Shown here piece after piece: positions 55,352 through 64,000 of a stretch of DNA of 64,000 nucleotides. This DNA is from an uncultured Gammaproteobacteria bacterium. Its GTDB lineage: Bacteria; Pseudomonadota; Gammaproteobacteria; UBA9214. Location of the stretch: NCBI GenBank assembly GCA_963748215.1, contig CAVVHS010000007.1, positions 96,001 to 160,000 on the forward strand. The letters are read 5' to 3'. Every line of letters starts with the position of its first letter. Positions within the stretch are counted from its first letter, which is position 1. The position numbers were made by a program, and so were the translations under genes. The notes below the pieces were generated by a model. It did no database searches, was not told the DNA's origin, and was given only the letters and a program-made list of their open reading frames with translations.

Positions 55352-56409
55352 AGTTGCTCGACCGCTACATCGGTGGCGTGGTGCTGGGCGGCACGCTGGT
55401 TGCGCTGCTGGTGGTCGTGGGTCTCGACATCTTCTTCACCGTGATCGACCAGATCGAGGACGTGGGACGCGGCGGCTACACCATGGTTACCATGCTGAAA
55501 TATGTTGCCCTGACCACGCCGCAAAGCCTTTACACGCTGTTTCCCATGGCTGCCCTGCTTGGCAGTCTGATGGGCATGGGCACGCTGGCGTCCAACAGCG
55601 AACTGATTGCGATGCGTGCCAGCGGCCTGTCGATCTGGCGGATCGTGCGTTCCGTGCTGCAGACTGGAGTGCTGATGCTGGCGGTCGCCGTGTTGCTGGG
55701 CGAGGTGGTTGCGCCGATTGCGGAGCAGTATGGACAGCACCTGCGCGTGTCGGCCACCAAACAGGGCATCAGTTTCCTGGGCGGAGAGGGACTGTGGGTG
55801 CGTGATGAGCGGTTGTATATCAATGCCCGTCGCGTGCTGGATCGTGAGCGGCTGGCCGACCTGACCGTTTACGAGTTCGACGATGATGCGCGGCTGAAAA
55901 TGGCGACCCGTGCCACGCATGCGGAATTCAGCGCCGGGCAGTGGGTGTTGCACGGCGTAGAGCAGTCCGGCTTCTCGGACGGCGGGATCGAGGTCAATCG
56001 CTTCGACACGGTGTCATGGCCGTCGCTGCTGACGCCGGACCTGCTCGGCATCGTCATGCTGAAACCGAAGCACATGTCGGCACACGATCTTGACCAGCTG
56101 GTCGGCTACCTCGCCGACAACGGGCTGGATACCCGGCAGTACCGCTTTGCCTTCTGGGGCCGCTTCATGACCCCGGTTTCGTCACTGGTGATGCTGTTCA
56201 TATCGGTGCCATTCGTGTTCAGCAGCCTGCGCTCGGTGAGTGCCGGCCAGCGCATTTTCATCGGCGTGCTGATGGGCTTCGGTTTCTATATTCTCAGCCA
56301 GGTGGCGGCCCAGATGGGGCAGGTGTACGGCCTGCCGCCGCTGGCGACCATGGTGGTGCCGAATCTCGTCTTTGTGCTGATTGGCGTCCGCGCGGTGCGC
56401 CGGTTGTAG
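55348..56409 (+). CDS. lptG: LPS export permease LptG
   Basis: MKLLDRYIG, LASNSELIAMRASG, GLWVRD. Confidence 0.93.
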   Translation: MKLLDRYIGGVVLGGTLVALLVVVGLDIFFTVIDQIEDVGRGGYTMVTMLKYVALTTPQSLYTLFPMAALLGSLMGMGTLASNSELIAMRASGLSIWRIVRSVLQTGVLMLAVAVLLGEVVAPIAEQYGQHLRVSATKQGISFLGGEGLWVRDERLYINARRVLDRERLADLTVYEFDDDARLKMATRATHAEFSAGQWVLHGVEQSGFSDGGIEVNRFDTVSWPSLLTPDLLGIVMLKPKHMSAHDLDQLVGYLADNGLDTRQYRFAFWGRFMTPVSSLVMLFISVPFVFSSLRSVSAGQRIFIGVLMGFGFYILSQVAAQMGQVYGLPPLATMVVPNLVFVLIGVRAVRRL

Positions 56410-56422
56410 GCGTGGCGGCCGG

Positions 56423-56863
56423 CTAGCTGCGCTTCGGCAGCACTACCATCACCGATTCCGAAAAGCGGTCGTAAAGCGTCATTTTCTTCGGATCGACCAG
56501 CATCCAGAACAGGCCCAGTCCGCCCAGGGCCAGAGAGGGGATTGCCACCATGAATCGCAACAGGGCCTGCCAGATGGTGATCGGCCCGCCGTCGACGCTT
56601 TGCACTCGCAGTCGCCAGGCACGCATGCCCAGCGTCTGTCCGCCGTGCAGCCAGAACCAGGTGTAGAAGGAAAACCAGATCAGGAACAGGACGCTCTTGT
56701 ACCAGGGGTTGTGGTAGCTGAGTGCGCCGCGGGTGAGCATCATCGCCAGCGCGGTGGCCACCAGCAGGGCGGATAGCAGCAGCAGGCTGTCATAGAACAT
56801 GGCCACCAGGCGGCGCAATAGCCCGGCGGGCGGGTAGTCTGAGCCGCTGTCGACCTTGTCCAT
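56423..56863 (-). CDS. RDD-family membrane protein
   Basis: RRLVAMFYD, GQTLGMRAWRL, YDRFS. Confidence 0.88.
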   Translation of the reverse strand: MDKVDSGSDYPPAGLLRRLVAMFYDSLLLLSALLVATALAMMLTRGALSYHNPWYKSVLFLIWFSFYTWFWLHGGQTLGMRAWRLRVQSVDGGPITIWQALLRFMVAIPSLALGGLGLFWMLVDPKKMTLYDRFSESVMVVLPKRS

Positions 56864-56905
56864 GCTCGTTACCGTACAGCCCCGTGCGCTGTGAGCCAGG
56901 GTCAA

Positions 56906-56980
56906 TGGCGCTCCCTAGGGGATTCGAACCCCTGTTACCGGCGTGAGAGGCCAGTGTCCTAACCACTAGACGAAGGGAGC
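56906..56980 (-). tRNA. tRNA-Glu, anticodon CUC
   Basis: Minus strand GCTCCCTTCGTCTAGTGGTTAGGACACTGGCCTCTCACGCCGGTAACAGGGGTTCGAATCCCCTAGGGAGCGCCA: cloverleaf, TTCGAAT loop, encoded CCA. Confidence 0.96.
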
Positions 56981-57009
56981 ATTTAGCCCATGGGCTGGAA
57001 AGCAGTGGT

Positions 57010-57037
57010 ATTATACGCAGACACTTTTTATCCACAA
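57010..57037 (-). promoter_or_regulatory. tRNA promoter (TTGTGG-N16-TATAAT) overlapping a consensus DnaA box
   Basis: TATAAT on the minus strand at 57010-57015; TTATCCACA at 57028-57036. Confidence 0.55.
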
Positions 57038-57046
57038 GCAACAACA

Positions 57047-58370
57047 GTGAGCGACGCAGGTCCAATTCCCAGTCACAGCGAACCCAACATTATTACCCGG
57101 TCAGCGCACTCCGTTTCCCGGGCCAATATCAGCCAGAATGCGCTGAAAGTGTTGTACCGCTTGAAAGAATCCGGCTACCAGGGACACCTGGTGGGCGGCG
57201 GTGTGCGTGACCTGCTGCTCGGCCGGGAACCCAAGGACTTCGATATCGCCACCGATGCGACCCCCGAGGACGTGCGTCGCCTGTTTCGCAATTGCCGCCT
57301 GATCGGCCGTCGTTTCCGGCTGGCGCATGTCATGTACGGGCGTGAAATCATCGAGGTCGCCACCTTCCGCGCCATGCAGGATATGGACAGCGACGATGAC
57401 GGCCATCACGTCGACGGTGAAGGCCGTATCGTGCGCGACAATGTCTACGGCACCATCGAGGAAGACGCGCTGCGCCGCGACTTCACCGTCAACGCCCTTT
57501 ACTACAACATCGCGGATTTCTCGATCATCGACTACGCCGGCGGCATGGCGGACATCGAGTCCGGCGTGCTGCGCCTGATGGGCGATCCCGAGGTGCGCTA
57601 CCGCGAGGACCCGGTGCGCATGCTGCGCGCCGTGCGCTTCGCCACCAAGCTGGGCTTCCGGCTCGACCCCGCGACCGAGGCGCCCGTCAGGACGCTGGCA
57701 CCGCTGCTGGGCGATATCCCGCCGGCACGCCTGTTCGAGGAAATACTCAAACTGTTCCTCAGTGGCTACGCGCTGGCGAATTTCGAAATGCTGCGCCATT
57801 ACTACCTGTTCGGCCAGCTGTTTCCGCAGACCGAGGAAGCGCTGACGCACGAGGAAAACAGCTTTCCGCTGACCCTGATCAGCCACGGCATGAGCAATAC
57901 CGATGCGCGCATCGAGGCCGACAAGCCGGTCACGCCGGCCTTCCTGCTCGCCGTGCTGCTATGGGAGCCGGTGCGCTTGCGCGCCGCAACACTCGAGGCA
58001 GGAGGGCAGCACCCCGCGCTGGCCCTGCAGCATGCCGGTTCGCAGATCATCGAGGAGCAGGCCCGGGTGATGGCCATGCCGCGCCGCTTCTCGCTGCCCA
58101 TGCGCGAGATCTGGATGTTGCAGTTGCGCCTGCAGCAGAAAGGTGGTCGCCGCAGCCAGCGGGTGCTGGAACACCCCCGCTTCCGGGCCGCGTACGATTT
58201 CCTCTTGCTGCGCGGCGCGGCCGGCGAGGTGGAGCAGGATATCTGTGACTGGTGGACCGAGTACCAGCAGCTGCAACCGGAACAGCGCGCCCGGGCCGAA
58301 CCCGTCAAGCGTGAAGCGGCGGCGCGGCGGTCGCGGTCGCCGCAAGCCGGCGCAGGAACCCGCGTCATGA
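57047..58370 (+). CDS. pcnB: poly(A) polymerase I (frameshift near 58300 fuses it to folK in this assembly)
   Basis: LVGGGVRD..PKDFD, LIGRRF.LAH, RRDFTVNAL, EDPVRMLR, HPRFRAAYDF; Arg-rich tail VKRRRGGRGRRK...* lies in another frame ending at 58370. Confidence 0.92.
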
Positions 58371-58858
58371 CGGTTCGCGCCTACATCGGCATCGGCAGTA
58401 ACCTGGACGACCCGGTGGCGCAGGTGAAAGAGGCGCTCGAGGAGCTGGCGGTGTTGCCGGACACCCTGCTGGCCGCGCGCTCCAGCCTGTACAGCAGCAA
58501 GCCCATGGGCCCGGCGGAACAACCCGATTACGTCAATGCCGTGGCGGCGCTGGACACCCTGCTGTCCGCCCCGGAGCTGCTGGCGGCCCTGCAGCGTATC
58601 GAGAACCTGCAGGGTCGGGACCGGACCGGGGAGCAATGGGGGCCGCGCATTCTTGATCTGGACCTGCTGCTGTACGGCAAGCAGGTGATCGATAGCGACA
58701 CGCTCAAGGTGCCGCACCCGGGCCTGCATGAGCGCGACTTTGTTATCATCCCGCTGGCAGAAGTCGCCGGCAACCTGAACATCCCGGGCAAGGGCTTGCT
58801 TGGCACCCTCATCAAAAACGTCGAAACGCATTCGCTCAGGAAGCTGGTCACCGGTTGA
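58367..58858 (+). CDS. folK: 2-amino-4-hydroxy-6-hydroxymethyldihydropteridine diphosphokinase
   Basis: AYIGIGSNL, QPDYVNAV, WGPRILDLDLL, PHP..HERDFV. Confidence 0.95.
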   Translation: MTVRAYIGIGSNLDDPVAQVKEALEELAVLPDTLLAARSSLYSSKPMGPAEQPDYVNAVAALDTLLSAPELLAALQRIENLQGRDRTGEQWGPRILDLDLLLYGKQVIDSDTLKVPHPGLHERDFVIIPLAEVAGNLNIPGKGLLGTLIKNVETHSLRKLVTG

Positions 58859-59508
58859 TGGGCTTGCTGCATCCCGGGTATATCGTTGTCGAGGGTCCGA
58901 TCGGTGTCGGCAAGACCAGTCTCGCACAACGTCTTGCGCAGAGTTTCGAGAGCGACCTGCTGCTCGAGGGCGCGGAAGAAAATCCGTTCCTGGAACGTTT
59001 CTACGAAGACCCGCGTACGGGTGCGCTGCCGACACAGCTGTTCTTCCTGTTTCAGCGCGCCCGACAGATGGCGAACATGCGCCAGGCCGACATGTTCCAG
59101 CCGGTGCGGGTATCCGACTTCATGATAGAGAAGGACCGCCTGTTCGCCGAGTTGACCCTGGATGCCGAGGAGCTGAAGCTATACGAGCAGGTGTACCGGC
59201 ACGTCACCGTCGATGCGCCGGTGCCGGACCTGGTGATCTACCTGCAGGCGCCGGTCGACGTGCTGCTGAAGCGTATCGCCCGGCGCGGCATCCGCTACGA
59301 GCGCAGGATCGATGCCAGCTACCTGCGCCGGCTGTCCGAGGCCTATGCACGCATGTTCCTGCACTACGATGCGGCGCCGCTGCTGATCGTGAATGCGGCG
59401 CACATCAACCTGGTCGACAGCGAGGCGGACTATCAGGCGCTGCTGGAGCAGATCCACGCCACCGGCAAGGGCACGCAGTATTTCAATCCCATGTCGGCGG
59501 CGATCTAG
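58858..59508 (+). CDS. deoxynucleoside kinase
   Basis: VEGPIGVGKTSL, NPFLERFY, PDLVIYLQA. Confidence 0.9.
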   Translation: MGLLHPGYIVVEGPIGVGKTSLAQRLAQSFESDLLLEGAEENPFLERFYEDPRTGALPTQLFFLFQRARQMANMRQADMFQPVRVSDFMIEKDRLFAELTLDAEELKLYEQVYRHVTVDAPVPDLVIYLQAPVDVLLKRIARRGIRYERRIDASYLRRLSEAYARMFLHYDAAPLLIVNAAHINLVDSEADYQALLEQIHATGKGTQYFNPMSAAI

Positions 59509-59540
59509 ACCGGGCCCTGAATTCATGCCAGCTGAATAAT

Positions 59541-59637
59541 GGCCACGGAATCACACGGAAGAACACGGAATAACGAGGTATGCCAGCATTCGGATACTTG
59601 CGGCTGATGCCGTGTAATGCAGGGGTTTCTCCAGGCC
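59541..59637. repeat. degenerate triple-heptamer repeat (CACGGAA x3)
   Basis: GGCCACGGAATCACACGGAAGAACACGGAA with a decayed inverted partner TGCCGTGTAATGCAGGGGTTTCTCCAGGCC. Confidence 0.55.
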
Positions 59638-59647
59638 GGTTAATGGT

Positions 59648-60458
59648 ATGACGGATACAATTGCCGAATGCATCACGCTCGGGGATTTGCATGCCATGAC
59701 GGCGCGCGGCGAGAAGATCGCCAGTCTGACCTGCTACGATGCCGGCTTTACGCGATTGCTGGAGGCGGCCGGCGTGGAGGTGTTCATTATCGGTGATTCG
59801 CTGGGCATGGTGCTCATGGGCCATGATTCGACCGTACCGGTGACCATGCGGGACATGGTTTACCACGCGGCGAACGTGGCACGCGTCGGACAGCATGCGT
59901 TCCGGGTGGTGGACCTGCCTTACCGAAGCTATACCGATGCCACGCAGGCCCTGCACAACGCACGCCGCCTGGTTGACGAAGGCGGGGCGCACATGGTCAA
60001 GCTCGAGGGTGGCAGCGACAAGGCGGGCATCGTGGCGCAACTGGTCGAGGCGGGTATCCCGGTGTGCGGGCATATCGGCCTGTTGCCGCAGTCGGTCGAA
60101 CAATTCGGTGGCTACAAGGTGCAGGGCAGGGACGCGGATTCGGCCGCGTCCCTGCGCGCGGATGCGCAGGCACTCGAGGCGGCCGGTGCGGGTCTGCTGG
60201 TGATGGAGTGCATGCCGGCGGCACTGGCGGCCGATATCACGCAGTCCGTCGCGCATCCCCACCATTGGCATCGGCGCCGGTCCCGGCTGCGACGGGCAGG
60301 TGCTGGTGCTGTACGACATGCTCGGCATCACCCAGGGCAGGCTGCCGCGCTTCGTACACGATTTCCTCGGCACAGCTGGCAGCATCGACGGGGCGGTGCG
60401 CGCCTACGTCGCTGCCGTGAAGACAGGCGCCTACCCGGCACCGGAGCACTGCTACTGA
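59648..60458 (+). CDS. panB: 3-methyl-2-oxobutanoate hydroxymethyltransferase (frameshift near 60251)
   Basis: [26 protein letters not shown]; [16 protein letters not shown] continues in another frame to TGA at 60458. Confidence 0.93.
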
Positions 60459-60462
60459 GGTC

Positions 60463-61317
60463 ATGATGGAGACCGCCCGCAACACAGCGGCTTTGCGTGC
60501 CCGGATCGGGGCCTGGCGTCGCGCCGGCGAGCAGATTGCCTTCGTGCCGACCATGGGCAATCTGCATGCCGGCCATCTGGCGCTGGTGCGGTATGCCCGA
60601 AGCTGTGCCGACCGCGTCGTGGTGAGCGTGTTCGTCAACCCGATGCAATTCGGGCCCCGGGAAGACCTCGCCAGCTATCCCGTGACGCTGGCCGCGGACC
60701 GGGCGGCGCTCGAGCAGGCCAACGCCGACCTCCTTTACCTGCCCGGGATGGGGGACATTTACCCGGAAGGAGTGGAGCGCACCACGCGTGTCGTGGTGCC
60801 GGGGCTGAACGCCATGCTGGAAGGGGAGCACCGGCCCACGCACTTCGACGGCGTCAGCACGGTGGTCGCGAAGCTGTTCAACCAGGTGGCGCCGGACAGC
60901 GCCGTGTTCGGCGAAAAGGACTTTCAGCAGCTGCTGCTTATCCGGCGCATGGTCGCCGACCTGTGCATGCCGATCCGGATCGACAGCGTGGCCACGGTGC
61001 GCGAGCCGGACGGGCTGGCGCTGAGTTCGCGCAACAGCTACCTCGACCCCGCCGCCCGCGGGCTTGCCCCGCAGCTCTACCAGACCCTGCTCGACGTACG
61101 GGGCGTCGTCGAGGGCGGGGAGCGCGATTTCGCCGGCCTGGAGCAGGCCACCCTGGCGCAGCTCGTGAAGGCAGGATTCGATCCCGACTATGTCAGCATC
61201 CGGCGTGCGGCGGACCTGGCCAGGCCGATGGCCGGCGATGAGTCGCTGATCGTGCTGGCCGCCGCCACTGTCGGTCGAGCGCGCCTGATTGACAATGTCA
61301 CGATATCAGTTAGTTAG
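60463..61317 (+). CDS. panC: pantoate--beta-alanine ligase
   Basis: VPTMGNLHAGH, FVNPMQF, FGEKDFQQ, LSSRN, RLIDN. Confidence 0.96.
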   Translation: MMETARNTAALRARIGAWRRAGEQIAFVPTMGNLHAGHLALVRYARSCADRVVVSVFVNPMQFGPREDLASYPVTLAADRAALEQANADLLYLPGMGDIYPEGVERTTRVVVPGLNAMLEGEHRPTHFDGVSTVVAKLFNQVAPDSAVFGEKDFQQLLLIRRMVADLCMPIRIDSVATVREPDGLALSSRNSYLDPAARGLAPQLYQTLLDVRGVVEGGERDFAGLEQATLAQLVKAGFDPDYVSIRRAADLARPMAGDESLIVLAAATVGRARLIDNVTISVS

Positions 61318-61420
61318 GATGTCTATCTCAGGTTGAAACTATCCATTATTGTTGCAGTCTTATGAATGAGGCAGCATAATCACGCCGTTTAACGGACGCA
61401 GACAGGATGTAATCAAGCCC

Positions 61421-61801
61421 ATGCAGATCACCTTGCTGAAATCCAAGCTCCACCATGCCAACGTTACCCATGCGGAACTCGAGTACGAGGGTTCCTGCGC
61501 TATTGACGGCGCGCTGCTCGAGGCGGCCGATATCCGCGAGTATGAGCAAATCCAGATCTACAACCTGAACAACGGCAAGCGTTTCACCACCTATGCCATC
61601 CGTGCCGAGGACCACTCCGGCATCATCTCGATCAACGGTGCCGCGGCACACAAGGCGAGTCCGGGCGACCGCATCATCATCTGTACCTATGCCAGCCTGT
61701 CACAGCAGGAGGCCGCGGTGTTCAGGCCCACGCTGGTCTACCTCGACGCCGACAACCGCATCAAGGACCGGCGTAGCGCCATCCCGGTCCAGGTGGCCTG
61801 A
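61421..61801 (+). CDS. panD: aspartate 1-decarboxylase
   Basis: KSKLH, YEGS cleavage site, [13 protein letters not shown]. Confidence 0.96.
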   Translation: MQITLLKSKLHHANVTHAELEYEGSCAIDGALLEAADIREYEQIQIYNLNNGKRFTTYAIRAEDHSGIISINGAAAHKASPGDRIIICTYASLSQQEAAVFRPTLVYLDADNRIKDRRSAIPVQVA

Positions 61802-61890
61802 GCGCCGGAGCGATTGCCTGGATTATTATCGACTTGCGCCCGGTTTATGAGCGGGCGTATTCATTGGTGCCGACGGCAATGCGGGTGGCT

Positions 61891-61917
61891 GAACCTTCCT
61901 CCCTTATCACGGCCTAA
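61891..61917 (+). promoter_or_regulatory. possible sigmaE-type promoter
   Basis: GAACCT-N16-CCTAA just upstream of the FGE-sulfatase gene. Confidence 0.3.
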
Positions 61918-61927
61918 CCTCGCTGTC

Positions 61928-62800
61928 ATGTATACGTTCCGGAACAGCCTGCTTTGCATCACGCTCCTAATGGGCCTGCCGGCCGCGGCCGGTGCGGGCG
62001 AGGTAATCGAGAATTTCCTGGCCATGCGCTTCGTGCGCGTACCCGCCGGCGAGTTCGTCATGGGAACGGAAAATATCGAGGCGGCGCGACGGGAAGTGCC
62101 TGAACCCGACGCGGACACCGCGCGTGACGAAGCACCCGCCCATCGCGTTGTCATCAGCCAGCCGTTTTTGCTCGGCGAGACCGAGGTGACACAGGGTGTC
62201 TGGCTGCGGGTGATGGAAAACCGGCCCGGCCCTGCGGCACTCTGGTCGCGCCCCGACTGGGCGCAACTGCCGGTATCGGCGGCCTCCTGGTACATGGCCG
62301 CGCGCTTCGTCGAAGAGCTCAATATGCTGGACTCCGATTACCGCTATCGCCTGCCAAGCGAGGCGGAGTGGGAGTATGCCGCACGTGCCGGGAATCCCGG
62401 GTTGCGCCCGGTGCCGCTCGACGAGCTGGAGGAGAACGCATGGTTTATCAATAACTCGGGAGATATACCTCAGCCGGTTGCAACGCGGCGACCGAATGCC
62501 TTTGGTCTCTACGACATGCTGGGCAACGTGTGGGAGTGGGTGGCTGACTGGTATGCGCCCGATGGCTATGCAGCGTCAGAGACAACGGATCCTGCCGGCC
62601 CGGGCGAAGGGCTCGCGAAGGTACGCCGCGGTGGCTCCTATCACTGCCCGTCACACCTGGTGCGGCCTGCCTACCGGTCGGCCAATACCCCGGACACGGC
62701 CTGGACGGTGCTGGGCTTCCGGGTGGTGGCCGAGCCACGCCGGTTGACCTCGAAAAATTATCACCGCCCGGTGTCACCCTTTCTGGTCCCGCCGCGTTAG
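61928..62800 (+). CDS. FGE-sulfatase-domain exported protein
   Basis: Signal peptide, GEFVMG, TEVTQ, RLPSEAEWEYAAR, NAFGLYDMLGNVWEW, RGGS, GFRV. Confidence 0.9.
   Translation: MYTFRNSLLCITLLMGLPAAAGAGEVIENFLAMRFVRVPAGEFVMGTENIEAARREVPEPDADTARDEAPAHRVVISQPFLLGETEVTQGVWLRVMENRPGPAALWSRPDWAQLPVSAASWYMAARFVEELNMLDSDYRYRLPSEAEWEYAARAGNPGLRPVPLDELEENAWFINNSGDIPQPVATRRPNAFGLYDMLGNVWEWVADWYAPDGYAASETTDPAGPGEGLAKVRRGGSYHCPSHLVRPAYRSANTPDTAWTVLGFRVVAEPRRLTSKNYHRPVSPFLVPPR
62772..62798 (+). promoter_or_regulatory. ECF-sigma-type promoter, copy 1
   Basis: TGTCACC-N16-CGTT. Confidence 0.7.
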
Positions 62801-62835
62801 CAAACACCAGGTAACCCACACAAAAGGACATCGCT

Positions 62836-63183
62836 ATGAATATCGTACCCCGTTCCCTGCTGGCTGCTGTTGTTGCGCTTTCCCTGGCCATGCCCGGCAT
62901 GGCTTCAGCCGACCGCCGCGGTGATGGTTACCGCGATCATGGCGACCGGCATGGCTACCGGCACAATCAAGGCTACAAGAAACAGTATCAAGGCCGGCAT
63001 CATGACCGCCGGGGGTATTACCGCGACAGGCACCCTAACTATCGTGGTTATCGCGACCGGCACGTAACCCGCTATTACTCATATGATGACGATAACGACG
63101 ATCTGCTGCTCGGCCTGGCGATTGGCGGCCTGCTGGGTTATGCGATACCCCGGTACCCCAATTACTATTACTACGACCGCTAG
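62836..63183 (+). CDS. secreted R/D/H/Y/G-rich glycine-zipper protein, copy 1
   Basis: RBS AAAGGA, signal peptide ending ASA, low-complexity charged region, DDDNDD, LLLGLAIGGLLGYAI. Confidence 0.85.
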   Translation: MNIVPRSLLAAVVALSLAMPGMASADRRGDGYRDHGDRHGYRHNQGYKKQYQGRHHDRRGYYRDRHPNYRGYRDRHVTRYYSYDDDNDDLLLGLAIGGLLGYAIPRYPNYYYYDR

Positions 63184-63197
63184 TGATTTTCAGTCGG

Positions 63198-63224
63198 TGT
63201 CACCCTTTCTGATCCCTGCGCGTT
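63198..63224 (+). promoter_or_regulatory. ECF-sigma-type promoter, copy 2
   Basis: TGTCACC-N16-CGTT. Confidence 0.7.
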
Positions 63225-63259
63225 AGCCGGTACCAGGTAACCAAAAAAAGGACATTGCC

Positions 63260-63586
63260 ATGAACACGAAACCCCGTTCCCTGCTGGCTGCTGTAGTTGC
63301 GCTTTCACTGGCCGTACCCGGCCTGGCCTCCGCCGACCGCCGCGGTGATGGTTACCGCGACCACGGTGACCGGCATGGGTACCGGCACGATCAAGGCTAC
63401 AAGAAACAGTATCGAGGCCGGCATCATGACCGCCGGGGGTATTACCGAGACCGCTATGTCACCCGCTACTACCAGCAGGATGACGATAACGACGATCTGC
63501 TGCTCGGCCTGGTGGTCGGCGGCGTGCTGGGTTACGCCATCAATGGTGCCCAGTACAACAATCGATACAACTACTACGGCCGGTAA
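63260..63586 (+). CDS. secreted R/D/H/Y/G-rich glycine-zipper protein, copy 2
   Basis: Close paralog of copy 1 with the same RBS and architecture. Confidence 0.85.
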   Translation: MNTKPRSLLAAVVALSLAVPGLASADRRGDGYRDHGDRHGYRHDQGYKKQYRGRHHDRRGYYRDRYVTRYYQQDDDNDDLLLGLVVGGVLGYAINGAQYNNRYNYYGR

Positions 63587-63600
63587 CGATACCCGCCCGA

Positions 63601-63627
63601 TGTCACCCTTTACAGTGCCATCGCGTT
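63601..63627 (+). promoter_or_regulatory. ECF-sigma-type promoter, copy 3
   Basis: TGTCACC-N16-CGTT with a diverged spacer. Confidence 0.7.
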
Positions 63628-63663
63628 AGTTATCACCAGGTAATCACAAAAAAGGACATCGCT

Positions 63664-64000
63664 ATGAACATCAAACCCCGTTCCCTGCTGGCTGCTGTAG
63701 TTGCGCTTTCCCTGGCCGTGCCCGGCATGGCCTCCGCCGACCGCCGCGGTGATGGCTACCGCGATCAGGGTGACCGGCACGGTTACAAACAGAGTCACGG
63801 CTATAAAAAACAGTATCGTGACCGCCACTACGATCGCCATGACCGTGGTGGCCGGCATTACGATCGCCATGAGTATCGCGATCGCCATATCACCCACTAC
63901 TACAAGCAGGATGATGATGACGGTGAGAAGCTGCTGATTGGACTGCTGGTCGGCGGCGTGCTGGGCTACGCCATCAACGGTGCCCAGCACAGCAGCAGCT
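63664..64000 (+). CDS. secreted R/D/H/Y/G-rich glycine-zipper protein, copy 3 (runs off the window edge)
   Basis: Absent from the ORF track; my translation MNIKPRSLLAAVVALSLAVPGMASADRRGDGYRDQGDRHGY...QDDDDGEKLLIGLLVGGVLGYAINGAQHSSS. Confidence 0.85.
   Translation, partial: MNIKPRSLLAAVVALSLAVPGMASADRRGDGYRDQGDRHGYKQSHGYKKQYRDRHYDRHDRGGRHYDRHEYRDRHITHYYKQDDDDGEKLLIGLLVGGVLGYAINGAQHSSS

Noticed and set aside
56906-56980. tRNA as an integration site for an island
   Set aside because: No integrase or duplicated tRNA 3' end; flanks are core genes
62772-64000. CRISPR-like reading of the terminal repeats
   Set aside because: Units are about 400 bp and protein-coding, with no short repeat-spacer pattern or cas genes

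Overview
GC-rich gammaproteobacterial chromosome segment made mostly of core genes: purN-purM, hda, wrbA, arsC, class I fumarase, nadB, the rpoE-rseABC-mucD-lepA-lepB-rnc-era-recO-pdxJ cluster, cysM, rlmD, proS, ilvIHC-pssA-leuA, rimI-prfC, valS-holC-pepA-lptFG, tRNA-Glu(CUC) and pcnB-folK-panBCD. Five genes (lepA, a YdbH-like gene, proS, pcnB, panB) carry single-base frameshifts that look like assembly errors. The non-routine content is: (1) an AT-rich rpfF / rpfC / rpfG (DSF quorum-sensing-type) locus with an extra small ORF; (2) at the right edge, a tandem array of at least 3 paralogous secreted Arg/Asp/His/Tyr/Gly-rich glycine-zipper proteins, each with its own conserved ECF-sigma-type promoter (TGTCACC-N16-CGTT); (3) two hairpin MITE-like elements sitting exactly on CTAG stop-codon sites inside operons; (4) a family of triple-heptamer inverted repeats; (5) a PSD homolog lacking its catalytic residues; (6) a stand-alone HPt protein at the usual gacS/barA position; (7) unannotated leader/attenuator elements upstream of leuA and ilvI. 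No CRISPR array, integrase or transposase is visible. All calls come from reading the sequence and motifs; no database searches were run.
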